From Eledone cirrhosa (Eukaryota): a stretch of DNA of 64,000 nt. Positions 24,504 through 38,250 of the stretch are shown piece after piece. A program made the position numbers and the translations under genes. Each line of letters opens with the position of its first letter. Position 1 is the first letter of the stretch. The stretch covers positions 389,360,001 through 389,424,000 of the forward strand of contig OZ024740.1 in the NCBI GenBank assembly GCA_964016885.1. Reading direction: 5' to 3'. Under the pieces are notes generated by a model that made no database searches, was not told the DNA's origin, and saw nothing but the letters and a program-made list of their open reading frames with translations.

Positions 24504-26942
24504 TAATAATAATGAAATTATTGTGTAAAGTGCTCAGGTGCACTACAACTCGTCAAAGGTGTATGTATAGTACATAGAATAATACACAAATGTCAGGGAA
24601 GTGAATAGTGTATGAGTCATGATATACATGTGGATATGTGTATGGAGAGGGAACATTAGCTGTAGTGTTGGCGGATCTCGGGAAGCATGGAGGCCTTAAA
24701 GGATGCAGTGTCTCGACAGCTAACAACTGATGCAGGTAGTTTGTTCCATGCTTCAGCAACTCTGAGCGTGAAAAAATGTTTCCGAAAGTCATAGGAACTG
24801 TGCTGTTTTCTTACTTTGTGGGCATGTCCACGTGTGTTAGACACATGGAAATCAAAAAGGTACTCAGGGTTGTTGTTGGCAACATGGTTAACAATTTTGT
24901 GGGTGTTTACCAAGTCAGTTGCCAGGCGTCGGAGCTTCAATGTATCCATGCCCAGGGAAGCAAGGCGCTCAGAGTATGGTAGATGCCTGATGGAGGGTAT
25001 TCGCTTGGTTGCACGTCTCTGAACAGTTTCCAGGCGGTCAATGTTCTGAGCAAGATAGTGGTTCCAGACTGGTGATGCAAATTCTAAGTGTGGTCGCACC
25101 ATAGCCATGTACAGCCTTAAATAGATATCTGGAGAGCGGCTGACAAAGGTCTTGCTGAGTGATACTAAGACACCCTCGGCCCTCTTGACAATTTTAGAAA
25201 CGTGCCTCGTCCAACGCAAATCGCTGCTGACCGTAATGCCCAGGTCACATTCACAAGAAGACTTCTTGATATTAGTGCTGTGGAGGGAGTATGTGGACGC
25301 TGGGTTTTTACTCCCAAAATGCATGGTGGTGCACTTGTCCACAGCTAGCTTGAGTTGCCAGTCTGAGATCCATTGTTGCATTGTGTCCAGGTCAGACTGC
25401 AAGCAAGATCTATAGTGTTCAGGATCTGTCCTTTTTATCTCAAGGTACAGCTTGATGTCGTCTGCATACCCTAGTACTGTGGCATTCTTTAAGTTGGCAT
25501 CTATGTCATTAATATATGCCATAAACAAAAGGGGGCCAAGAACAGATCCCTGTGGTACACCAGATGACATCTTATATGGTGAGGAATGCTGTCCCAGAAC
25601 CGTGACTACCTCTCTTCGACTGAGAATGAAGGACTTCAACCAGTTAAAAAGATCATCCTTCACACCCATTGCAGAGAGTTTTGCCATAAGCCTTTTGTGT
25701 GGCACAGAATTGAAGGCTTTCGCAAAGTCAAGGTAAACAACATCCACCCATGAGCCACCATCAGTGATCCGGGTGATGTCCTCAAGAAACTCTATAATTT
25801 GATCACAGCAGCTGGAGTTGGGGATAAATCCAAATTGTGAGGGCCGGATAAGACTGTGTGAGCTCCAGAAGTTCCAAAGTGTTTCTCTGACACAGGATTC
25901 CATCAGTTTGGCGATGCAACTAGTAAGACTGACTGGACGATAGTTCACAGGTGATGTGCGGTCACCCTTTTTGAACAGAGGAATGACACTGGCAGTTTTC
26001 CACTGTTCTGGAGTAGCACTGTTGTTCAGACAGAATTGGAAGAAGCGTGATAACTGGTGCAGAAGGAAGTACCCACCACGTTTAAGAAGCAGGTACGTAA
26101 CACCATCAAGACCAGGAGAGGCATGGTTGCGTTTATTTTTTAGGTGACGTCGCAGCATTGCAGGTGTAAATTCCATGGTTGTAATAGAGTCCGGTGTCAT
26201 AGGTGGTGGAGATGGTACACTCTGGTCTTCAATAATGAAAATGCCTGCATAGCATTCAGCAATGAGCTCTGCACATTCCTTGGGGTCGTCAGTAACCTGG
26301 CTTGTGTGGGGATTGCAAAGAGGACCAACTGGAGAGTGAGGCCTCTGCTTTGAGTGAACATACTTCCAGAACACCTTACTGTCAGGGCTGGTTGCTATGC
26401 GCTGCTTAAATTGAAGCACTGCCTTTTTTGTCACCTGTTTGAGGTGGTTGGACGATCTATTTCGCCTCTTCTTATTAATGTCTGATTTGTGAAGTTTGTA
26501 CTCACGTTCAGCATTGCGCCGTTCTTTTCTGGCAAGACGGACTGCTGCAGTCTCCCAAATTGCGCTTTTGGGATGTTTTTTCCGCTTACATGGCACCGAT
26601 GCTGCACATGCTGTCCATATTGAGCTCAGGATGTTCTGGAGTACAGTGTTGACATCTCCAGAGTTGTAGAACTCAAGCCAGTTTGGCCGTTGCAACTCGG
26701 TGCAGTAACAGTTCCAGTCTGCTTTATTCCAGTCAAAGTGAGCAGTTTGGAGATGGTTGTGGTTCTTGTTACTGCCCATGAGGGATAGATTGGCAATGAT
26801 CATAGCATGATCAGAGTCCCCTAAAGGTTCCTCAGCAGTAATACTAATGACTGTTTCAGGAGTAGTGGTGAAGAGTAGGTCCAAAGTGTTGTCACCTCTC
26901 GTTGGGGAGGTGACCACCTGGGACCAACTCGAGTCCAGACTA
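24504..26942 (-). mobile_element. CR1-clade LINE, 5'-truncated, uninterrupted ORF2 (end of APE endonuclease plus RT)
   Basis: ORF 24656-26977 (773 aa): PTRGDNTLDL..SDH, NYRPVSLTS, YLDFAKAF, GVPQGSVLGPLLF, YADD, RVAEAWNKLP; (ATT)n tail. The ORF start Met lies in flanking DNA. Confidence 0.95.
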
Positions 26943-27064
26943 AATACATATTGATATGAAGATTTGAATGTTTCCATTTTTAAATTAGACCTAAGTTTGA
27001 ATTCCCATCCTTAAGAAAAATAGTTTGAACAGTTAAACAAATATTTCTATTTTTCCATTTACAG

Positions 27065-27215
27065 AATGCTAATAAAATGTCAGCTAAAGAATTTGAAGAG
27101 CTTCGTCGTCAAAGAATGGCTCGAGGTCTTCCTAAAAAGAGGCCAATTGATGGAATTAAGCATGTTATTGTTGTAGCTTCTGCAAAAGGTGGAGTTGGCA
27201 AGTCAACAACTGCTG
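27065..27215 (+). CDS. NUBPL: NUBPL/Ind1 exon (deviant Walker [11 protein letters not shown])
   Basis: ag|AAT...GCTG|gtaag; [31 protein letters not shown] matches NUBPL. The upstream exon was not identified. Confidence 0.93.
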
Positions 27216-27978
27216 GTAAGATTCAGTATTGCATCATGCCCATTACTAAGATACATAATTCTGAAATGCTGAACCAATGAGCAATCCTTTAGTTATTCTC
27301 TTCATCACTACATCTCCCCTTCCCAGCACTGGTAAAACTATCTATGCCAACCCACCTCCAGTACTATAGTCTTTTCATCACATCCCCTTCTCTACTCATT
27401 ACCCTGTCAAATCACACCACACTTGCTTTAACTTTATACTTATCTTCCTACTATCACACCCCCATACATATAGAGCAGTGAGGGCTCTTCCATTGGGAGA
27501 AGGATCTGCGCAGTACACCCTGTAAGGTGGTTGGTGACAGAAAGAGCACGCAGCTGTAGAAACCATTTCTATTAAAAAAAGAAAGGTTGAGAGGACCCAA
27601 TAGTTGTGTCACGGTGCATCAATCTCTCTAGTGTTGGTGATCTACACGATAAATGCATCAAGTACTTACTGTAAAGTGGTTGGTAATAGGAAGGGCATCC
27701 AGCCATAGAAAGCTTGCTAAACAAATGGTAGGGAAGACACTTTAGTTGTGTCAAAAATATGACAACCTCTCGATAGAACATGAGACTGCACGTAAGCAAG
27801 ATGCACCCCACCTCCTTCTGGCCTGCCTGGGAGGTCAGTAGGCATGCTTCAGTTATGACTTGGTCTATGTTGATCCAGCCAACTTTTGCTAGCAGGGAAA
27901 GCAGATGTTAAATGATGATGATGAATGATATACATATTCCAGAATAAAATATATAGATTTGTTTCTTTTTCTTTCCAG

Positions 27979-28013
27979 TCAATCTAGCTTTGGGCTTAGC
28001 TGCATTCGACAGG
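27979..28013 (+). CDS. NUBPL: NUBPL exon (35 nt, VNLALGLAAFDR)
   Basis: Canonical ag/gt; phase continuous with the previous exon. Confidence 0.9.
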
Positions 28014-28497
28014 GTAAGTTTATTTGCTTATCAATATCTTTTAACCTTGGATAAGTTAAACTCTATGTTCTTATGACAATTGCTATAGCTTCATATCTAC
28101 ATGTAAGAGAATAGTGTTCCTTTATTTCAAGCAAATGAAATTAGGATATTGTAGTAGTGCCTTCTAATGCCAGCAACTGTGTGCTTTGTTTGTTTTTATT
28201 GGGTGGGATTTTTTATGGCTTAGTCAGAGAAAGAATGGCCCAAACCCATGACTCTTTTTCAAAGTCCCCAGAACTGGCTGAAAAAACTGAAGGAACAAAG
28301 TCCAATTCATGGATTGTTGCAAGTAAGAAGTACCACTCCAAGGTTATCCTCAAACTGGACACCTGATTTGAATACTTACAAGACAGAGAAGATTCTGCCT
28401 GTGGCACCTTTACTGGGTTTGAATTAATGAACTTGACCTTCCAAGGCATACTTTGGGGTCACCTGTCAATGTCAAGATCCATTCTTTCTCTTTACAG

Positions 28498-28588
28498 AAA
28501 AACAGAGTAGGAATCCTGGATGCTGATATTTTTGGTCCTTCAATACCTAAGATGATGAATCTAGAGGCTGAACCAGAACTTGATGATG
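28498..28588 (+). CDS. NUBPL: NUBPL exon (91 nt, KNRVGILDADIFGPSIPKMMNL)
   Basis: Canonical ag/gt; Mrp-family DxDxxGPS motif. Confidence 0.93.
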
Positions 28589-28624
28589 GTAAAATTATAT
28601 TTGCTTTGCTTTACTAAAATTAAT

Positions 28625-31600
28625 AATAATAACTTGCTTGACCACAATGTATAAAATCTTAAAAGTAGTTCTCACTGAATACACAGAAGATATCAAATTA
28701 ACTATTTCCCAATGAGCAAAAAGGATGTAAACAAGGGTCATATGGTTGTAAAGTTCAGATTTTGATTAACAAAATGATTCTAGATTGTCAAAACAGACAC
28801 ATGAATCTATCAATTGCTTGGATAGATTGTGAAGAAGCATTTGATAGTTTACCACACAGTTGGATTGAAAAGTATTTAGAGATTTTCAAAACATCTCCCA
28901 TTATCAGGAAGTTCTTATCATTCAGTAGGAAAGCATGGAAAACAAGTCATTTTTAACAGTGAAAACAAATTTCTGGATGCTGGAGAAGTTGACAATGGTC
29001 GTGGAGTTTTTCAAGGAGACATTTTACCACCACTTTTTTTCTGTAAAATAAAATGCTCAATAAAACTAAACATGGATTTAGGGTTTATGACAAAACTGTA
29101 AAATACCCAGGTTACTGACGACCCCAAGGAATGCGCAGAGCTCATTGCTGAATGCTATGCAGGCATTTTCACCATTGAAGACCAGAGTGTACCATCTCCA
29201 CCACCTATGACACCGGACTCTATTACAACCATGGAATTTACACCTGCAATGCTGCGACGTCACCTAAAAAATAAACGCAACCATGCCTCTCCTGGTCTTG
29301 ATGGTGTTACGTACCTGCTTCTTAAACGTAGTGGGTACTTCCTTCTGCACCAGTTATCACGCTTCTTCCAATTCTGTCTGAACAACAGTGCTACTCCAGA
29401 ACAGTGGAAAACTGCCAGTGTCATTCCTCTGTTCAAAAAGGGTGACCGCACATCACCTGTGAACTATCGTCCAGTCAATCTTACTAGTTGCATCGCCAAA
29501 CTGATGGAATCCTGTGTCAGAGAAACACTTTGGAACTTCTGGAGCTCTCACAGTCTTATCCGGCCCTCGCAATTTGGATTTATCCCCAACTCCAGCTGCT
29601 GTGATCAACTTATAGAGTTTCTTGAGGACATCACCCGGATCACTGATGGCGGCTCATGGGTGGATGTTGTTTACCTTGACTTTGCGAAGGCCTTCAATTC
29701 TGTGCCACACAAAAGGCTTATGGCAAAACTCTCTGCAATGGGTGTGAAGGATGATCTTTTTAACTGGTTGAAGTCCTTCATTCTCAGTCGAAGAGAGGTA
29801 GTCACGGTTCTGGGTCAGCATTCCTCACCATATGAGATGTCATCTGGTGTACCTCAGGGATCTGTTCTTGGCCCCCTTTTGTTTGTGGTATATATTAATG
29901 ACATAGATGCCAACTTAAGGAATGCCACAGTACTAAAGTACGCAGACGACATCAAGCTGTACCTTGAGATAAAAAGGACAGATCCTGAACACTATAGATC
30001 TTGCTTGCAGTCTGACCTGGACACAATGCAACAGTGGATCTCAGACTGGCAACTCAAGCTAGCTGTGGACAAGTGCACCACCATGCATTTTGGGAGTAAA
30101 AACCCAGCGTTCACATACTCCCTCCACAGCACTAATATCAAGAAGTCTTCCTGTGAACGTGACCTGGGCATTACGGTCAGCAGCGATTTGCGTTGGACGA
30201 GGCACGTCTCTAAAATTGTCAAGAGGGCCGAGGGTGTCTTAGCATCACTCAGCAAGACCTTTGTCAGCCGCTCTCCAGATATCTATTTAAGGCTGTACAT
30301 GGCTATGGTGCGACCACACTTAGAATTTGCATCACCAGTCTGGAACCCCTATCTTGCTCAGGACATTGACCGCCTGGAAACTGTTCAGAGACGTGCAACC
30401 AAGCGAATACCCTCCATCAGGCATCTACCATACTCTGAGCGCCTTGCTTCCCTGGGCATGGATTCATTGAAGCTCCGACGCCTGGCAACTGACTTGGTAA
30501 ACACCCACAAAATTGTTAACCATGTTGCCAACAACAACCTTGAGTACCTTTTCGATTTCCATGTGTCTAACACACGTGGACATGCCCACAAAGTAAGAAA
30601 ACAGCACAGTTCCCATGACTTTCGGAAACATTTTTTCACGCTCAGAGTTGCTGAAGCATGGAACAAACTACCTGCATCAGTTGTTAGCTGTCGAGACACT
30701 GCATCCTTTAAGGCCTCCATGCTTCCCGAGATTCGCCAACAGAACAGCTAACACATACACACATGTACTTCCCTGACATTTGTGTATTATTCTATGTACT
30801 ATATTGACGAGTTGTAGTGCACCTGAGCACTTTACACAATAATTTCATTATTATTATTATAAAGAACTAACAATCCTGATATTGACAAAACTTTAAGCCA
30901 TTAGTGGTTGGCATCTTCTGGACTGAAATTGGAAACTTAAGGACTGCTTTTATCAACACAAGATCAGTGCCTACCAACAAAACACTTTCAAGGCAATATC
31001 ATAAAACATGGATGCAACCCATTATGCCATATTTGTAAAAAAACAACCAGAGACCATTGATCATATAATTTCAATGTGTAATCTTTTAGCTCCAACTGAA
31101 TACCTTGACAGGCATGACAGTTGTACAATATATACATTGGATAATGTGCAAGTATTTTGATCTTCCCCACCAAAAAAATTACTTCCCGTAATTGAAAAAG
31201 CTCATGTTTCAATTTTGTGGAACTTTAGCATTCAAACAGACTGGAAAATTGATGCAAATAGGCCTGATATAATATTAAAGGAATTTAAACAGAATCTGTG
31301 TCTGCTAATTTACATAGCCGTCCCTATAGATTAGAATGTATATGTGAAAACATTTGAATATTTGAGCAAATATAAAGACCTGGAAATAGAGATTGGAAAA
31401 TGTGGAAGTCGAAAGATAAAACAATAGCAATGATTGTAGGCACTCTAGCAATGATACATAAGGGGTCTAATGATTACTTATTCCAAATTTCAAGAAACAC
31501 ACATATAGAAGAAATACAAAAGATAGTACTAATGGGAATTGCCCATATACTCATACTAATGAAAATTCTGTCAATATAAGGATCTCACAAGTATATACAT

Positions 31601-31700
31601 TTATTTTTTTATTTTGTTTTTATCTAGACAGAAGTTGGTGTTTCTTGAGGTCACTGGTTGTGACTTGGTGATAATTCATATGAGTTAACAATAATAATAA
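28625..31700 (+). mobile_element. Degenerate Dong/R4-clade element split by a CR1 insertion
   Basis: EQKGC..GSYGCK.Q..IN, AWID..AFDSLPHSWI and GVFQGD before 29106; QDQ, HII..C..LA..EYLDRHD, ILWNF..QTD..NRPD and KYKDL after 30860; (TAA)n end. Confidence 0.8.
29107..30860 (+). mobile_element. CR1-clade LINE, 5'-truncated, uninterrupted RT ORF
   Basis: ORF 29207-30751 (514 aa) is near-identical to the C-terminal part of 24656-26977; (ATT)n tail. Confidence 0.95.
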
Positions 31701-32449
31701 TGATGATGATGTGAGTGGTGATGGGGATGATGATGGTGATCACCATTGCTATTGGTGTTGACAGCAACAACTATTGTGCCTTGTATATAAAAAATGATTT
31801 CTCACATTGATAGGTCACAAATTTTAAGCAAAATATGTAGTCAATTGAATTAATCATAGTACATATGTCTGCTATATATTTTATTAAACTCAAGGGGAAC
31901 CTCTATATGATTGTTCGATCTGCTATAAATAGCAGCCAAATATTGCTCAAATGACATCCTACGGTCTTAAATAAAAACAAACATTAAAAAGATAGGATGA
32001 TCTGAGCTAGAATGCCTTTGATAATAGATATGCTTTAATAAGTATTACATAGGGGTGAAAAACGAATTTGGTTTAGGTAAGATTTGAACTCAGAACAGTG
32101 AGAAATATAAATAAACACTGTTATTTATTTGGTGTATCACTCTTTCATTCCTGTCAGGTGGAAGTGGTGGTGCCACAAAAAAGGCACATGCTGTGAAGTG
32201 GTTAACATTAGGGAGGGCATTCACTCATAGCAATCATGCTAAAATGGAACGAATGAGTAAGACCCAGTCACCTGACATGTGTGCCCCAGAATATGACAAC
32301 CTAACTAATCTATGCACAAGCATGGGAAATAGACATAAAACAATGGTGATGGTGATATATATATATATAACGAAGGAGGTGTGGTAAGGAACCAGATGGA
32401 CTATAACGCACCAGAGTACTCAATACTTAGAGTAGTAGAGTGGGTAATA

Positions 32450-32559
32450 GGAAAATGTTTAACCCCGACGGCAGAGCTCAAGCCGTTTCGACGGCTATTT
32501 CAGTCCAGAAATAGCCGTCGAAATGGCTTGAGCACTGCCGTTGGGGTTAAACATTTTCC
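32450..32559. repeat. Foldback: 52-bp arms, 6-nt loop, within a (TA)n-flanked insert (32370-32560)
   Basis: GGAAAATGTTTAACCCC...GACGGCTATTTC agtcca GAAATAGCCGTC...GGGGTTAAACATTTTCC; 3 mismatches. Confidence 0.9.
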
Positions 32560-33269
32560 CATATATATATATCAAACACTATCATGATCCTGCCAGATTG
32601 ATTGCATGTATACACACATACACTGTCTCTACATAGAGTGCTTGTTTTGGTACCACCACCAGTAATTCACTGGATCACCTACACTATATATATATGTCAT
32701 CAATTTGGCAGGGTCATTATAATGTTTGATATTTGTTTTGATTCTCTGCACTCAAAGTTCAAATCCTGCCAAAGTCCACCTTGACTTTCATTCTTTTAGG
32801 GCTGATAAAGAAAGTACCATTCCAGTGGTGGTGCAGCCCTCTTCCCTTCCAGCTGTCACATCCAAGATGTTCTGTTGAATAAATTGTTGGGTGCTGTGAG
32901 GGTCTCTGTGTTTGCTAGCAACTGCATGAATACCTAAAACCCTTTACCGAGTGATATTCGATTGTGAATGATGGCTGTAATGACAGGAAGAGCAATACCT
33001 GGAGTTGGCAACAGATTGGCATGAAGGACATAATCAAGGCCATCAAAAAGGGTAAACATAGATGGGCTAGCCATGTCTCTCTTTTCAGAGACAACAGGTG
33101 GGCTTTTTGAGTGACAGTGAACACCAAGGCAGTGGAAAAGAACCAGAGGGAAACCAAAGGCAAGATGGCATAACAATCTGACCTTGTACTTAAGTCCTGC
33201 ATGGCTCAATATGGCCAGATAAAGGAAGCAGTGGAGGACAGCAAGTCCTCAAAAGTGAGAAGGCCCTGG

Positions 33270-34072
33270 ATTTGGATTCCCTTAAAATGAAGGGCAGATT
33301 GTATGATGTGTGTATACAAGCAGCTATGATACATGGTAGTGAGACCTAGGCATTGTGTGCAGAGGACCTGTGAAGATTGGAAAGAAATGAAGCATTGATG
33401 TGTAATATTAATATACTTGAACGGCAAAGCATAAATGAACTGAGTGAGAAATTAAGCATAAAAGGGATCAGATGCAGTATACTAGAGAGGAGATTGCATT
33501 GGTTTGGTCATGTGATGCTTATGAAGGATGACAGCTGTATAAAAATGTGCAGGGCAATCAAAATTGAAGGAAGCTATGGAGTAGGAAGATCTGGGATGAG
33601 GTGATACAAGCTGATCTTGCGTAATTGCACCAGTCGAAGACAATGCTACAGGATCGAGATCTTTGGCGTTATGCTGTAATACAGAAGACCTGCCTTCCCT
33701 TGCACATATACATCCAGTCGGCACCTTTTAACCACTTAACCACTATACCCCCTTCCATACACCCTCCACGCACCTACACCACCCTCCCACATCTGTCCAC
33801 ACCACCCTTACACTGTAAAGTGATTATGTAGGTGTCATGACAAAAGGCACCCAGCCCACACAGTAAAATGGTCATGAGGGTCTCACGACAAAAAGCACCC
33901 AACGCACACTGTAAATGTGGTTGGCGTTAGGAAAGGCATCCAGCTGTAGAATTCTAGCCAGAATCAGTCCTATATGAGTAAGACACAGACACCTGACCCA
34001 ATTTGCCTCTAATAGGACAACCCGTCTAACCCATGCTAGCATGGAAAATGGACGTTGAATGGTGATGATGAT
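33270..34072 (+). mobile_element. RTE LINE 3' fragment (family A variant)
   Basis: ORF 33377-33604 RRLHWFGHVM.MKDD; (GAT)n tail. Confidence 0.85.
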
Positions 34073-34140
34073 ATGTAGTGGGTTCTTTTTAATTTACTTT
34101 TGTATTATGAAAAAAAAATGTTGTTTTTTTTATTTTCTAG

Positions 34141-34180
34141 CTAACATGATGATACCACTGAAAAATTTTGGCATTAAATG
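34141..34180 (+). CDS. NUBPL: NUBPL exon (40 nt, NMMIPLKNFGIK)
   Basis: Canonical ag/gt; phase continuous. Confidence 0.9.
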
Positions 34181-35228
34181 GTAATTATGAAGTGTTTTTT
34201 TAGAAATTTGTTATTAGAATTATTTAAAATTTGTAAAAACATCTTTCAATTTAGAAATGCTACATTAGCATAGGGACTCCCTACCATTTTAAAACATGAA
34301 AGATACATTGGCCAATACACTCCTAGATGTACAGAATAACAGGATTGTTATGACTGGAACGCCATTGATCAATCATGGCTGACAGGGGGCTAAACAATAA
34401 TATATAATGACTATGTATCACAATAAGAAATATATTCATCATCATCATCATCAATTATTTATGAGAACTTTTCCATGGTAGCATGATTATGTGGTCATGT
34501 AGCAAATCAGTTTCCTAGCAAGACTAAAGAGTCCTTCCTGTCTTATATTGCCTCCACTCATTTTACAGAGTGAATTTTTCCCTACTTGTATATTGTTCCA
34601 GAAATTTCTTTATCCCCAACACTTTTATATATTTCCTTATATCTACCAAAATCCCCACATTATTAACTGCTACAATCAGCTTTCTTGTTGTCCCTTTGGC
34701 AGAAATCTACCACAGGATTTGCCCATGCAATAATTTGAACTGACTCTGAAGATAGACAAAACATTTATCTTCAAATTAATATGAAAATGTAAACTCAATA
34801 CCACAAGCTAACAGCATCATTATCATCATCATCACCACCACTTTACATCTATTTTCCATGGATTGTCATAGGTGGTAAATTAGCAGAAGTATTACAGTAT
34901 CAGATGAAATTCCTTGCAGTATTTATTTCAAATCCATACAGTCTGGGTTCAGATCTTGCCAAGATCAATGGACATTGCTGTTCCTCTTAACTAAGTGATA
35001 AAAAATATCATGTATATTGCTGTTTTTGTTGTAATTATTATTAGCAATATAGTACTGTCGAAGACTGGGTGTTTCTTTCTTTGTGGTACCTTCATGACCA
35101 AAAATTATCTCAAATATATTATAATTCCATGTAAAAAGAGAATATATACACTGAAATCCAATAGTTATTTTACTGAAATGGGTCTCCCTTTTTGTTACAA
35201 CAGACATCTTTGTATTTTTGTCTTTTAG

Positions 35229-35319
35229 CATGTCAATGGGATTTCTGGTTGATGAAAAGTCTCCAATTGTATGGCGAGGTCCTATGGTTATTTCAGCTAT
35301 AGACAAATTACTCAGACAG
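35229..35319 (+). CDS. NUBPL: NUBPL exon (91 nt, [30 protein letters not shown])
   Basis: Canonical ag/gt; conserved WRG motif. Confidence 0.95.
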
Positions 35320-36109
35320 GTAAATATCTAGTTTCATTGTCTTCCCATTTCTACTTTCTTCAGTAATATTTTCATTTCCAGCTTCTATATCTCCCTTTCA
35401 TAATATCATACAACTTTGCTCATAGCCTCTCTGCCTTCTATGTTTTCTTTTTCTGCAATATTTTTCTTGGCCATCTTTATTTTTTTGTTGCTTAGCCCAA
35501 AGTCAGTCTTGATCAAGTATATCTATGCTCAAAGATATTCCAGGTATGACCATCCCATATTTTATTCAAACAATGAGTATGTGGGACTACATTATCCAAT
35601 GTATACCTCCTTTTTTGAGATAGTAGAGTGTGATTTGAGGAAGATTCTTTTACTAATTTTATTAACATATCAAGTGATTTCCACTATTTCATTTTTTTTA
35701 TATATATTTTCTCCAGCCAACTTCAATGTTTGATAATCATTTGCAGATTACTTAACATTAGTTCATCAAGAAGAACAAAAAATTAAAGGTAACTTTGCCT
35801 GTCATCCTTTGGAAGCTCATAGAGTAATAAATAGCAGTCACCTATTGCCAAAACTTGACTGACAACTATATGAAGGGCTGGCTTGAGGCTAAACAACAGT
35901 GTTTCAATTAATTTAATTCCTGAATTAGGATGATGCAATCAAACTTTTACCTAATTCTGAAAACAATTTGTTGTATATGTAAGATATAAATGGCAGTAAG
36001 GAAACGAAAAAGATAGGGAAGAAAAATAAAAAAATTGAAATTAAGCAAAAACAAAAAAAAGGGGGCAGAAAAGCCAGCAACATCTGCTACAATGGCCACC
36101 CTACCGAAC

Positions 36110-36720
36110 TTATCTCCTTCTTTATGTGAACTTCAGTCTTCCTGATTTTGCAGAGGAAAACAGCAGGTCAGGGACCTAAGATACCTGAGGTCTTGGCAAC
36201 TGGAATGAAAAGGAAGTCATTATGATTATGTTGTTCAGAGTAGTGTATCAAGGGAATTGACCTGCGCTATAGCAGCAGGATAGCAGGTGCAGACGAAACT
36301 CATTAACAATGGCTCTACAACGGCATTTGTATGGCTCACACATGCTGAGGGTGTGGCGCTGAGCCTCTACAATGTGAGGGTGCTTATCATCAAAAAGCGT
36401 ACCAATTGATGAGAATGGCACTGAATTGAGCTCACGCTGCTGTGAGGCGACAAGGCAAAGTGGAGGCAGGCCAGACAGTGTTGGTCTAAGGATTACTCAG
36501 TCCACCCAAAGGTTGACCTGAACTTGATGTCATCTCAGTTGTGTTGAACATCTGCATACTGGGAGACAGCAAAACCTTCATCAATCCAATCGACCAGAGC
36601 TGACTTCAGTTCCCAGTTCATGTCTTGTTCTGCTGCCTAAGGAGGTTGAAGATAGGTAGACCGGCAGTGCTAATCAGAAGTAGCTCGGATGCTGAGGTCA
36701 CTGAATTTTACCTTGTAGCA
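36110..36720 (-). mobile_element. Degenerate CRE-like retrotransposon fragment
   Basis: GC-richer block related to 17290-17620, with weak motif similarity to 45170-46610. Confidence 0.4.
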
Positions 36721-37920
36721 TTAACAATGCAAATGTAAGTAAACACGTGATTATTAAGCTTATAGGCAGCAAATAGGCAGAGTTATTAGAACATCATATA
36801 GAATGCTTTGTGGTATTCATTCCAATTCTCTGCACTCTAAGTTCAAAATTTGCTGAGGTCAATTTTGCCTTTCATCCTTTCAAGGTCAACAGAAAAATAT
36901 TAGTTCAATACTGGGATCTACACATCTCTCTCTCTCTCATACACACACTTAGTAGAATCGGCTGTGTTGTTCAGACCTATAGTAGGGACGGGTTCCACTA
37001 AGTTTAAAATGCCGATGACACGTCGCATGTGGTTACAATACCCTACGCCTTAAGTTATGGTTTGAAGGAGTTGTCTCCCTTGACACGGTCTTTAAAAAGT
37101 TATTCTGTAACAGTAGAATGCTTGATTTCTCGGTTTTTCTCAGTGTGTGCGTGCGTGTAAAAATCATCCAATTATAAATTCAATCGGATCATTGTAATTA
37201 GATCCTGTGTATTAGTGACGGTTGCAATGTTTTTTTATAGCATTGGCTTGATGGTGTTGGTGTCTTGGGATTAGCAATCCCAAGAAAAATTAGTTGGCAA
37301 TAAATTTGTATACATTTCTATAGTAGTTTCTTTGTTTCTTTTTTTCGTTTTTTGTTTTGTTTTGTTTTTTCCTACTCAGAATATGCCTTTCCACCAATAA
37401 ATCTCCTGACCAAATTGTTTCCGACGAATATTCTCGATGAGAAGAGTCAGAGATTTTGAAATAATGTCCGAGATTTTGGAAGACACAGTCATATAATCTG
37501 TAGCTGGTGTGATATTTCCTTCATTATTACTGAAGTGCAAGGTATTGAATAATGCCTTACCCCTTTACATTTGAGCTCAAATCTTGCTAGAGTTGACCTT
37601 ACCATTCATCTTTCCATTGTTGATAATATCAGTTAATAAAATGTGCATTCTTTTGCTTCTGATGGACAGCTGAAGTAGGTTGTTTTCTTAATTTGAGCTA
37701 TCTAGATGATCTGGATTATATGTAAACCATGTATATTGATATGTTAATGCTGGAGGTAGCCCATATAGGATGCTATCCAGTTGTGCAAGGCTTACTTTGT
37801 TCAGGGTCTCTAAATTAAAACACAGTCATATTTAACAGGTTTTTAAGAACAGTGGCCATTCTTTTAAGAATTGAATGATGCTTTCTTATTTATAATCTAG
37901 AATGTTTTATATTTTGTCAG

Positions 37921-38014
37921 GTTTCTTGGGCTAACACTGACTATCTCATTGTGGACATGCCTCCAGGAACAGGAGATACACAGCTTTCTTTGACTCAAAA
38001 TATACCAATTGCAG
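37921..38014 (+). CDS. NUBPL: NUBPL exon (94 nt, [22 protein letters not shown])
   Basis: Mrp signature DMPPGTGD; canonical ag/gt. Confidence 0.96.
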
Positions 38015-38048
38015 GTAATTAAAAACTGAATTAGTTTAGAAATGTTAA

Positions 38049-38250
38049 CCCTTTAGCATTTAAACCAGTTGTATCCAGCCAGAATTCTCTCGCCTCTTGC
38101 TCTTCAAACCAGCCATAACTGCTCATACTTATGTTAAGGTATTGTTCTCAAAATAAATAATATCAAAATCTCATAGATTCGATATTATGAGATAAAGTGT
38201 TTACCGTGAAAATACAATAGTAAATATGGAGTAATGGAAATGCTAAAGGG
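38049..38250. mobile_element. piggyBac-type MITE
   Basis: 13-bp TIR CCCTTTAGCATTT and TTAA on both sides; a partial inverted copy lies at 40977-41085. Confidence 0.85.

Noticed and set aside
24656-26977. 773-aa ORF as a domesticated RT gene
   Set aside because: The start codon comes from flanking DNA, the endonuclease is truncated, and several near-identical copies show it is an ordinary young CR1.
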